The position numbers and the translations under genes were made by a program. A stretch of DNA of 64,000 bases from Bacteroidota bacterium (GTDB lineage Bacteria; Bacteroidota; Bacteroidia; AKYH767-A; 2013-40CM-41-45): the NCBI GenBank assembly GCA_031385005.1, contig JANNBB010000064.1:17459-81458 (forward strand). Reading direction: 5' to 3'. Under the pieces are notes generated by a model, which saw nothing but the letters and a program-made list of their open reading frames with translations, searched no databases and was not told where the DNA came from. Each line of letters opens with the position of its first letter. Positions within the stretch are counted from its first letter, which is position 1. This document shows positions 1 through 7,780 of this stretch, in pieces.

Positions 1-152
1 CCGGCAGGATCACTGATTGAGCCATTGCGAAACACAAAACGCAATGTGACTTTCCCTGATTTAGGAATTTTTAATTGAACAATTTCCTCTGCAAAAGCAG
101 AAGAGGACAGGCATATAAACAGGATTGCGAGGGACGCGAATATTTTTTTCAT
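1..152 (-). CDS. M16 family peptidase-like subunit, 5' part only (runs off window edge)
   Basis: Not in the ORF track. ATG at 152 reads MKKIFASLAILFICLSSSAFAEEIVQLKIPKSGKVTLRFVFRNGSISDPAG, a signal peptide followed by an M16-type N-terminus. It starts 11 bp after the stop of the upstream M16 gene. Confidence 0.7.
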   Translation of the reverse strand, partial: MKKIFASLAILFICLSSSAFAEEIVQLKIPKSGKVTLRFVFRNGSISDPA

Positions 153-163
153 GTGAGTTCGGA

Positions 164-1612
164 TTAGAATTTTACGGAGTCTTCAGCGGAAATAGTAGCA
201 ATGGTAAGGCGTTCCGGGTTGAAATATTTTTTAGCTACACGCATAATATCTTCAGCGGTAACTTTTTCATACATGCTATAATACGTATTAATGGATTCGG
301 GATTGTCAGAAACCCAGGTAAAGAAACTCAACGTTTGTGCAATAGAAGAAGGATTATCGTTTTGCATAATCATGGAGTTGAGAAAATTTTCTTTCGTCTC
401 TTTCAAAAGCTTCGGATCGAGTGGCTTTGTTTTGGAAATATCGATCGTACGTTCTATTTCAGATTTTATATATGTAAAGTCGACTGCATCTACGAGTGAA
501 GCATCCATTGAAATGAGGTAAGGATCACGGGTCGTGTAAGAATCACCACTCAACGAACGCAATTTTTTTTCATTGATGACTAGTTTCGTATAGAGATCAG
601 AATTCTCGCCAAAGTATGCGGCACAGAGAATATCCAAGGCAGGAAAATCATTTTCCGTAGCGCTGTAACCGGGGCCTTTGAAATTCAATCCGAGGTAAGG
701 AGGGAAGCCGGGTTTCTTTAGGTTTACAAAGCGTGTAGCTGTTTGCGGTGGCTCGATAGGAACAGCTGCCTGAAAACGGCCACGCTGCCAGTCGCCGAAA
801 TATTTTTCTGAAAGCGTATTAACCATTTCAGGAGTTGCGTCTCCAACGACAAGGATGGTGCAATATTCCGGTCGATAGAAACGGCTAAAGAACTCACGCG
901 AATAATCATACTGATTCGGCATATCTACAACATCATCAAAGAAACCCATCGTGGTGTGTTTGTATGTGTGCACATCGAATGCAGTATTCTGCGTCATCTC
1001 ATTCAGTTTGGTATATGGGTTAGCGGAATTTTTTGTGTACTCACCTTTAACGGCACCTGCTTCAGTTTTGAAGTCCTGTAAAGAGTAAGAAAGGTTTTTA
1101 AAGCGATCGCTTTCCAGTTCAAACATCAACTCCAGCTTGGATGCATCGCCTGTCATGTGATAGAGTGTTCGGTCAAGACTCGTATTTGCATTGGCAGATG
1201 CGCCGATTGATTTCAATGCGGCACTGTATTTTTCTTTTGGATATTTTTCCGTTCCACGGAACATCATGTGTTCGAAAAAATGCGCGAAGCCGGTTTTTCC
1301 TTTTTCGATTTCATTGCGGGATCCTACACGAACGAGGATAAAGAAAGATGCAATTCCGGGAGAGTTATATGGAACGGTTACCACATTCAATCCGTTTCTC
1401 ATTTTCGTCTGATGGATTGTGTATGGAAAAACTTTTGCTAGTGGTTTTTTTGATTCCAAAGACGGTTTTAACCTGGGTTGATCGGATTTCGTTTTGATTT
1501 TATCGTCCACTCTCTGTGGTGATTTTTTTAGTACGGGCTCCTGATCACGGGCCATCAGCGTAATGAATGCGAGAACGAGCATTCCTGCTGCAATAAATCG
1601 TATGTTCTTCAT
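164..1612 (-). CDS. M16 family zinc metallopeptidase (pitrilysin/insulinase family), exported
   Basis: Inverted zinc motif HFFEH (HxxEH) in GFAHFFEHMMFRGT, plus NANTSLDRTLY and an N-terminal signal peptide. Confidence 0.93.
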   Translation of the reverse strand: MKNIRFIAAGMLVLAFITLMARDQEPVLKKSPQRVDDKIKTKSDQPRLKPSLESKKPLAKVFPYTIHQTKMRNGLNVVTVPYNSPGIASFFILVRVGSRNEIEKGKTGFAHFFEHMMFRGTEKYPKEKYSAALKSIGASANANTSLDRTLYHMTGDASKLELMFELESDRFKNLSYSLQDFKTEAGAVKGEYTKNSANPYTKLNEMTQNTAFDVHTYKHTTMGFFDDVVDMPNQYDYSREFFSRFYRPEYCTILVVGDATPEMVNTLSEKYFGDWQRGRFQAAVPIEPPQTATRFVNLKKPGFPPYLGLNFKGPGYSATENDFPALDILCAAYFGENSDLYTKLVINEKKLRSLSGDSYTTRDPYLISMDASLVDAVDFTYIKSEIERTIDISKTKPLDPKLLKETKENFLNSMIMQNDNPSSIAQTLSFFTWVSDNPESINTYYSMYEKVTAEDIMRVAKKYFNPERLTIATISAEDSVKF

Positions 1613-1841
1613 TGATTGATTTTTAGGTGTGACGAAAGTATAGTTTTGTCATGACATAAAAAACATAAAAAACAGAGAAAACATGGAAGCTGATTTTAAT
1701 TTGATCAGTAGGTTAATTACACGTGAAAAATGGTTTTTTCAATTTAATTTTACTGTATAAAATTCATGTTGTAAATGTTAACTTTTTTAGGTTTAAATTT
1801 CTGGAATAGGTCATTTCAGAGCGGTTAAAGAATGCAATACA

Positions 1842-2037
1842 GCCCTAAAGGGCGCCCGGAAACGAAAAGCGTATGTCCTGCCCCGGGTCTCTCGCAAAAA
1901 TATAGAGTCCGGCATTTGATAAAAATACAATAAGTAGAAAAGGATTGAGATTGAAAAAAAATAGCTTGCGCCGGATGGCCATACGGATTCCCTCATTCCC
2001 TGCCGTACGACCATTCATTACAAGCCACTGTAAGAAT
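1842..2037 (-). other. GC-rich multi-hairpin intergenic element, candidate structured ncRNA or leader
   Basis: Several consecutive stems: 1842-1853, 1855-59/1883-87, 1889-92/1904-07, 1908-13/1970-75, 1976-86/2003-13 and 2018-22/2029-33. The mismatches in the 1976-2013 stem become G-U pairs on the minus strand. Confidence 0.35.
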
Positions 2038-2220
2038 CGTCTTTTTTAAATAATCAAAGATTATAATTGCAATTCTTAATGACAACCCATTAAATAAGGT
2101 TCTTTTATTAAAATTGTAAACTTGTAAACTTGAAGTTGTAATCTGATCTTTATAAAATCTGAACTTGCAGAGTATTGTTTAGAAATAAATCGTTATAAGT
2201 GACTAAATTTACACTCGGAT

Positions 2221-2712
2221 ATGAGAACTATTTATTTGCTTTTTTTTGTACTTTTTTTTCAATTGCTGATTGGGGCCACTCCCGATAGCAACAGGGAAGA
2301 GTTATTGGGTTTGTTAAAGGAAAGAAAGGAGCGATTCGGGAATTATTCAGAGTCTTTATCCAAGTCAAGCGGTATTTTCGGAAACCGGACAAAAAATGAT
2401 ATTCGTAATTCCAGCAACCGTCTTGTAGAAATTCTTGAAATGGATAATAGGATCATGAATGCCTTGCAAAGGATGCTCGAATACAAATCTTTTGAAAAGC
2501 AAACCTTAAAGCTCGATCTGAATTCATATGAAAGACGCATTCAAAATTTATCTGTACTGAATGACACGTTGAATAAACAGACACTTTTATTGATTGAAAA
2601 GAATAAGGAGTTGCAAAAGAAATTACGCAGTCATACTCTTTACTTTATTTTGTTAATTGTTTTGTTGATAGCAACCCTCGGTTTGTGGATCAGAAAAATT
2701 GTAAAAAGTTAG
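2221..2712 (+). CDS. Hypothetical protein with signal peptide, coiled coil and C-terminal transmembrane helix
   Basis: 163-aa ORF: hydrophobic N-terminus, heptad-rich middle, hydrophobic C-terminus followed by RKIVKS. Confidence 0.75.
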   Translation: MRTIYLLFFVLFFQLLIGATPDSNREELLGLLKERKERFGNYSESLSKSSGIFGNRTKNDIRNSSNRLVEILEMDNRIMNALQRMLEYKSFEKQTLKLDLNSYERRIQNLSVLNDTLNKQTLLLIEKNKELQKKLRSHTLYFILLIVLLIATLGLWIRKIVKS

Positions 2713-2716
2713 ATCC

Positions 2717-2820
2717 TCTCTGCTATCCCTGTTCAGACCTTTGCTCCCTCTGTGGTTAATAACAAGCGTCGGATTTTTACCACAGAGGCAGCAAAGGTCT
2801 GAACAGAGATAGCAAAGAGA
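2717..2820. repeat. Long imperfect palindrome (REP/MITE-like family A, copy 1), probable bidirectional terminator
   Basis: The arm CTGTTCAGACCTTTGCT..CCTCTGTGGT pairs with ACCACAGAGG..AGCAAAGGTCTGAACAG. It lies between convergent genes, with related copies at 17748-17820 and 26001-26102. Confidence 0.8.
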
Positions 2821-2825
2821 AATGA

Positions 2826-3308
2826 TTATTCCGCTTTCTCAATACGAATGCCCACATCCATTATCTGTGGTAATGGATCGAAGCGCATACCTTGCTCGAG
2901 TTTAAAAGTGTAGGTGCCTTTTTCCGGGAAACGAAAATTATGTTTGAAAGGAAGTCTGTTATCCCAAATGTCGCCCAGTCCTTCGCCCAGCCATTTACCG
3001 GTTTCATCTGCCAACGTAAGTTCAACAGTATCCCTTTCCATTTTACCGGAAGGAGTTTGAGTAGTAAAAAAGATAAACAAGTTGCTGAATTGATATCCCC
3101 CAGCATTTCGAACATTGATGTACAAATTATGAGGCGTAATCGTATCCGTAATTTCTGTTTGAAGTTCTACAATGTTTTTTTGTTCCCAGCGATTATCCGG
3201 AAGCGTTACATTTTTTTCAAAAACAGAATTAGGATCACAGCCCGTGAAAAAGAAAATGGAACCAATGATAAATAATTGTGAGCGAAGCTTCATATAGGAG
3301 TTTTGCAA
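2826..3308 (-). CDS. gldH: Gliding motility lipoprotein GldH
   Basis: Lipobox FTG-C, motifs Y.FSNL..F and G.W.G.GLGD, and the holB-ricT-gldH gene order typical of Bacteroidota. Confidence 0.9.
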   Translation of the reverse strand: MQNSYMKLRSQLFIIGSIFFFTGCDPNSVFEKNVTLPDNRWEQKNIVELQTEITDTITPHNLYINVRNAGGYQFSNLFIFFTTQTPSGKMERDTVELTLADETGKWLGEGLGDIWDNRLPFKHNFRFPEKGTYTFKLEQGMRFDPLPQIMDVGIRIEKAE

Positions 3309-3325
3309 ATCAGAATAAATACAGA

Positions 3326-4906
3326 TTAACTATTGGCATCCGGCGCAGGTCCGTTACCCTGAGGTGGTTTGTCATTATCTCTTCTCGGCTGATTTTGCGG
3401 AGGCCGACGACGGTTATGCTGAGGCCTGTTCTGATTCGGTTGATTCGGTTTGGGTGAATTGGAGTTCGGCGGGCTCACTCTCGGCGGATTCGCACTCGGC
3501 GGATTCGCACTCGGGGGATTCGTTCTCGGTGGATCCGTTCTCGGGGGATTCTGTCTGGGCGGATTCTGGCTTGTAGGGTTTTGCCTTGGTGGATTTGAGT
3601 TCGGCGGGCTCACTCTCGGCGGGTTCACTCTCGGTTGATTCTGTGCGGGAGGATTTCTTCTCTGCTGATCACTCTGTTGAGCGGGAGCATTGGTATTTTG
3701 AGCCGGTTGATTTCCATCAGCAACAGGTCTTTCGCCGGAAGAAGGTTTTTTCTTTTTCTTCTTCTTTTTCTTTTTCAGTCTGTCCATCCTGTCGATGCGA
3801 TCTTGACCGACAACATTTTCATAATCCGGCTCTGCAATTTCAATATCCTCTCCGGGAAGTTTGAGGTCTGTAGGTTTGATTCCTTTTTTATTCAGTTCGA
3901 TAATTTCTTTAACACGATCGACAGATAGCATGACCCAGTTACCGCCATCACCACCGCCATCAGCACCTTCTGATTGTTCTCTTCTTTCTTCACCGGAAAC
4001 AGCATACCAGACGAGTCTTTTGAAGATATCACTCTTGCGGTGAAAAGCTCGTCCTTTTTCTGTTTCTAGGATAGCATTGGTAGAAGGAAAATCGCGCAAA
4101 GCATCGAGGTATGAATCGAGTTCATAGTTGAGGCAACATTTTAACTTGGTGCATTGACCGGCGAGTTTTGCGGGATTCAAGGCGAGGTTTTGATAGCGTG
4201 CAGCAGAAGTAGTAACCGTTTTAAAATCGGTGAGCCAGGTAGAGCAACAGAGTTCGCGACCACAAACACCGATACCACCTAAGCGTCCTGCTTCCTGTCG
4301 CATTCCGATTTGTTTCATTTCGACACGAATCTTGAATTCATCGGCAAGGCGTTTTATGAGTTCGCGAAAATCTACTCGATCATCAGCGGTATAAAAGAAA
4401 GTTGCTTTTTTCCCATCGCCCTGATATTCGATGTCACTTAATTTCATGGAAAGTTTAAGCGACTGAATAATTTTACGGGCACGATGAAGTGTATCTGTTT
4501 CTTTATTTTTTACTTCATTCCACTTTTCTATTTCATTTTCTTTTGCTTTGCGATAAAGCATTTTTAATCCTTCCGGATTATCAGAAACATTTTTTTTGCG
4601 AAGTTGAAAACGCACGAGTTCGCCGATCATAGAAATAATTCCTACATCGTGACCGGGAGAAGCTTCAACGGTAACTACATCACCGGTGCGAACTTCTACA
4701 TTATCTTTATTATAAAAGAATTCTTTTCTGCTTCCTTTGAAACGGACTTCTATTATTGGAAATGGACTTTGCCCGGAAGGCAAAACCATATCTGAAAGCC
4801 AATTGTAAACGTTCAGTTTATTACAGCCATCGGTACCACAAGTACCATTGCTGCGGCAACCTGAAGGTGTTCCGTCTTTACCTGTTCCACAATTACTACA
4901 CGACAT
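3326..4906 (-). CDS. ricT: PSP1 domain protein, RicT/YaaT family, with long low-complexity C-terminal tail
   Basis: Cys-rich N-terminus, KATFFYTADDRVDFRELIK, GGIGVCGRELCC and LAGQCTKLKCCLNYE. Confidence 0.88.
   Translation of the reverse strand: MSCSNCGTGKDGTPSGCRSNGTCGTDGCNKLNVYNWLSDMVLPSGQSPFPIIEVRFKGSRKEFFYNKDNVEVRTGDVVTVEASPGHDVGIISMIGELVRFQLRKKNVSDNPEGLKMLYRKAKENEIEKWNEVKNKETDTLHRARKIIQSLKLSMKLSDIEYQGDGKKATFFYTADDRVDFRELIKRLADEFKIRVEMKQIGMRQEAGRLGGIGVCGRELCCSTWLTDFKTVTTSAARYQNLALNPAKLAGQCTKLKCCLNYELDSYLDALRDFPSTNAILETEKGRAFHRKSDIFKRLVWYAVSGEERREQSEGADGGGDGGNWVMLSVDRVKEIIELNKKGIKPTDLKLPGEDIEIAEPDYENVVGQDRIDRMDRLKKKKKKKKKKPSSGERPVADGNQPAQNTNAPAQQSDQQRRNPPAQNQPRVNPPRVSPPNSNPPRQNPTSQNPPRQNPPRTDPPRTNPPSANPPSANPPRVSPPNSNSPKPNQPNQNRPQHNRRRPPQNQPRRDNDKPPQGNGPAPDANS
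3420..3650 (-). repeat. 15-nt-period coding tandem repeat (NPPxx pentapeptides) in the RicT tail
   Basis: Translation reads NPPRV SPPNS NPPRQ NPTSQ NPPRQ NPPRT DPPRT NPPSA NPPSA NPPRV SPPNS. Confidence 0.85.
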
Positions 4907-4974
4907 CTTTAAGCTGGTTTAATACGAATGATCAAGAAGGTAAAAATACAAAAACTTATGAATGCATTAATTCC

Positions 4975-6105
4975 TCATTTTGAAGCACTTAGGTGTTTGT
5001 GCATACAAAAAGATAAATCTACAAAAAGTAGCTTAGAATTAGCATTTCTTTCTAAATGAAAGTGTGCTTTGTTTAATTCTTCCGAAAAGGAGTGAATGTT
5101 ATTGGCATTCACAAAAGGAGCGAAGCGTTTGATGTCTTCGAATTCTTGTCCATCTATGCGCACGAGAGAGTGGTCGCCATAATTGATGAGCAGGCATTCG
5201 CGTGTGAGCGAAAGAGCGTGACGAAGAAAGTTTTTTTGATATTCTCTGCTTTCGCCGCCGAAGTCCTGCGACATTTGATTTATTCCTTTCACGTTTAAGC
5301 GGAGGCAATACCTCATCCATTCGAGAAATTTTTGATTCATGTCAGCTTCGGTTTCGTCTTTTCCGATGAGCAACAAAGCTTCATTGTAATTTCCGTCGGC
5401 GAGATGAGTTACGCGCCGGGCGACAGATTTATCGACTTCATGTTTATTGACAAGAACATCTGTCATTTCCTCATCATTGATTCTATTAACCTTGATAAGT
5501 TGTGTACGGGAGACGATAGTTGTGAGGAGCAATTCATAGTTTTCTGCGGCGAGAAAAAATAGCGTATTATCAGGCGGCTCTTCGATTATTTTTAAGAGCT
5601 TGTTGGCTGCAGAAGAATTGAGCCGTTCAGGAAGCCAGATGATGACGATCTTATAAGGGGCTTCGACACTTTTCAGTGTTAGCCGGCTGACGATATCTGC
5701 GCTTTCGTGAATGGAGATTACGCCTTGTTTATTGTCGAGCGACAGACTTTCCATCCATTGATTGTAGTTAAGATAAGGATTGGATAAAAATGCATTTCTG
5801 AATGGAGCGATAAAATCTACGCTGCGAGGTTCTTTAATATTATCTTTTGGAGCGACAGGAAAGGAGAAGCTGACATCAGGATGAACGAGCTTTTCCATTT
5901 TTTTGCAACCCGGACACATGCCACAGGAATCGGATTCTGCCGGGTTTTCGCAAACGAGGTATTGAGCGAAGGCGACAGCCATAGGAAGATTACCGCTTCC
6001 TTCCGGCCCTAAAAAAAGCAAAGCATGACTAACTCGCCTGTCTTTGGCAGACTGGATGAGTCTTTGCTTAACATCGTCGTGACCGATTACGGAGGAAAAC
6101 TTCAT
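4975..6105 (-). CDS. holB: DNA polymerase III subunit delta'
   Basis: MKFSSVIGH start (ATG 6105 preferred over 6138), HALLFLGPEGSG, C..C zinc motif, HPDV and AANKLLKIIEEPP. Confidence 0.92.
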   Translation of the reverse strand: MKFSSVIGHDDVKQRLIQSAKDRRVSHALLFLGPEGSGNLPMAVAFAQYLVCENPAESDSCGMCPGCKKMEKLVHPDVSFSFPVAPKDNIKEPRSVDFIAPFRNAFLSNPYLNYNQWMESLSLDNKQGVISIHESADIVSRLTLKSVEAPYKIVIIWLPERLNSSAANKLLKIIEEPPDNTLFFLAAENYELLLTTIVSRTQLIKVNRINDEEMTDVLVNKHEVDKSVARRVTHLADGNYNEALLLIGKDETEADMNQKFLEWMRYCLRLNVKGINQMSQDFGGESREYQKNFLRHALSLTRECLLINYGDHSLVRIDGQEFEDIKRFAPFVNANNIHSFSEELNKAHFHLERNANSKLLFVDLSFCMHKHLSASK

Positions 6106-6226
6106 GGGGTAAAGATACATGGAGAAGTATATGAACAAAAATAAAAAGCAATAATATTTGCTGATTGGTAAAGTATTGATGCAAATTTTTGGAATAGCTA
6201 ATTTTATTTGCTCTGCCTAATATTTA

Positions 6227-7735
6227 TTATTTTAAAACAGTGATTTTAGCTGAGGAATTATAATTTCCATTAACGAAAAATGAAAACGTATATATTCCCT
6301 GATTTAAATCAGAAACATCCACTTCATTCCCCTTCGGCCGGATTTCCATTACCACTTTCCCTGTAAAATCATATACTTTAATTAAAATATTTTCTGCATG
6401 TGTATTGACAAACTCATCAGCAGTAAAATAAATCTTATCGCCTGCCGGGTTCGGAAAAACAGCAATCGTATTTTTCACAAGCTGCTGCACTCCATTAGGT
6501 AAACCCAAGGTATCACAAACCGAACCGCCAAGAGCAGGCATGTCGTAGTAGGGGTTGTTTGGGAGACCGGAATAAGTTCTTTTTCCGCCAAGGTTGAAGC
6601 TGTATGGTTGGTAATTACAACCTATACCTAAAGTATTGGGGTTGTTGATTACACTTAAGTTCATGTTGTATGTATTGTATACTGAATCCGGATATGGAAA
6701 ACCATTTATTACGCCAGAATAATAGAGTATACTTCTGTATATTTTTCCATCAATCCCAATTTTTAAACTGCTTCCCGAATAAGGACGGGAAGTTATAGAA
6801 TCTAATAGAGTTCTTGAATTATAAATGTTTGAGACCTGTAAATTAAATTGATAAAGGTATGCCGGCATGCCTGCTGTAGAAACATACAATAATGTATCAT
6901 TCGGAGAAAACTCAGCACCCCAAAAATAATCCTGAATTGAATTTATTTCGGGATGAATTAATCTCAAATTAGATAAATCGCCGGAGCATCGGTCGAAATT
7001 GTAGAGCTCCATTAGCCCCCCTGTATTATGAAGAAGAAGTTTGTTACCATTATTGTTGAATTTTAATCGTATAAAACCGGCATAGGTTTGGGTTCCAATA
7101 TTCTGATCAGGGTAATGTTGTATTCCATAAGGAGTGATCAAATACTTATGAAAAGCATTATTGGCATTATTTCCATAACTCCTGAATATTATCCACCAGT
7201 CACGTCCATTTCCATGTTTGATAGCTGTCAGTCCATCTGAAACATTTTCGCCATTTAAACTATCAAGCAAAGTGTTTTTTTGAACCACTTTACCCAATCC
7301 GTTATTATATGAGAGATCAATTATAGAATAATATAATTGACCGTTTAAAGAAACACCTGTATGAAATAAATAATATTGATTACTATTTAAGACATTTGGT
7401 ATAATGACCATTTCGTGATACCAGCCGTCACCAACTAAAGAATCACCATTTTCCATCACTTCATTATTTTTATTCCAAACTACCCCCAATTTATCATAAC
7501 CTGTTTGCCATAAAGGAATATATCCTGTATGGCAATAAAATAATAGATTTCCTGAAGAGTCAGCAATTGAACATGCTGTTCCTCGTGACCGTGTCGAACA
7601 CCATGAAACAACCGGTGGCTGCTGGTTAAAGTCGATTTGTGCACTATCCCCGAAACACCAGACTGCATCTCGCCTTGGCTGAGGATAAGCTTCAATGCAA
7701 TTCAGAATAAAAAATAAAATCAATAATTTTTTCAT
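6227..7735 (-). CDS. T9SS type A sorting domain protein, beta-propeller-like body
   Basis: Start MKKLLILFF (ATG 7735), signal peptide ending AYP-Q, W.FG..A..DF N-terminal motif, and CTD beginning VFPNPAGD and ending KITVLK. Confidence 0.85.
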   Translation of the reverse strand: MKKLLILFFILNCIEAYPQPRRDAVWCFGDSAQIDFNQQPPVVSWCSTRSRGTACSIADSSGNLLFYCHTGYIPLWQTGYDKLGVVWNKNNEVMENGDSLVGDGWYHEMVIIPNVLNSNQYYLFHTGVSLNGQLYYSIIDLSYNNGLGKVVQKNTLLDSLNGENVSDGLTAIKHGNGRDWWIIFRSYGNNANNAFHKYLITPYGIQHYPDQNIGTQTYAGFIRLKFNNNGNKLLLHNTGGLMELYNFDRCSGDLSNLRLIHPEINSIQDYFWGAEFSPNDTLLYVSTAGMPAYLYQFNLQVSNIYNSRTLLDSITSRPYSGSSLKIGIDGKIYRSILYYSGVINGFPYPDSVYNTYNMNLSVINNPNTLGIGCNYQPYSFNLGGKRTYSGLPNNPYYDMPALGGSVCDTLGLPNGVQQLVKNTIAVFPNPAGDKIYFTADEFVNTHAENILIKVYDFTGKVVMEIRPKGNEVDVSDLNQGIYTFSFFVNGNYNSSAKITVLK

Positions 7736-7780
7736 AAAAAGTAAGCAGGACATTATCTCTAACGCCCTGCTTTTTATTTA

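Noticed and set aside
1811-2014. 67-aa ORF on the minus strand
   Set aside because: No recognisable family, and it coincides with the stem-rich element. Kept only as a structured-RNA candidate.
1970-2035. Cobalamin or other known riboswitch (AGGGAA on the minus strand, GCCACTG on the plus strand)
   Set aside because: The two hallmark words are on opposite strands, and the CCCGCAACTGT core is absent.
2240-2259. Poly-T tracts (two T8 runs) in a signal peptide as a phase-variation switch
   Set aside because: The gene is in frame, and T8 runs encoding Phe/Leu are expected in AT-rich signal peptides.
3420-3650. CRISPR-like array in the ricT tail
   Set aside because: The units are contiguous in-frame 15-nt coding repeats with no unique spacers, and no cas genes are present.
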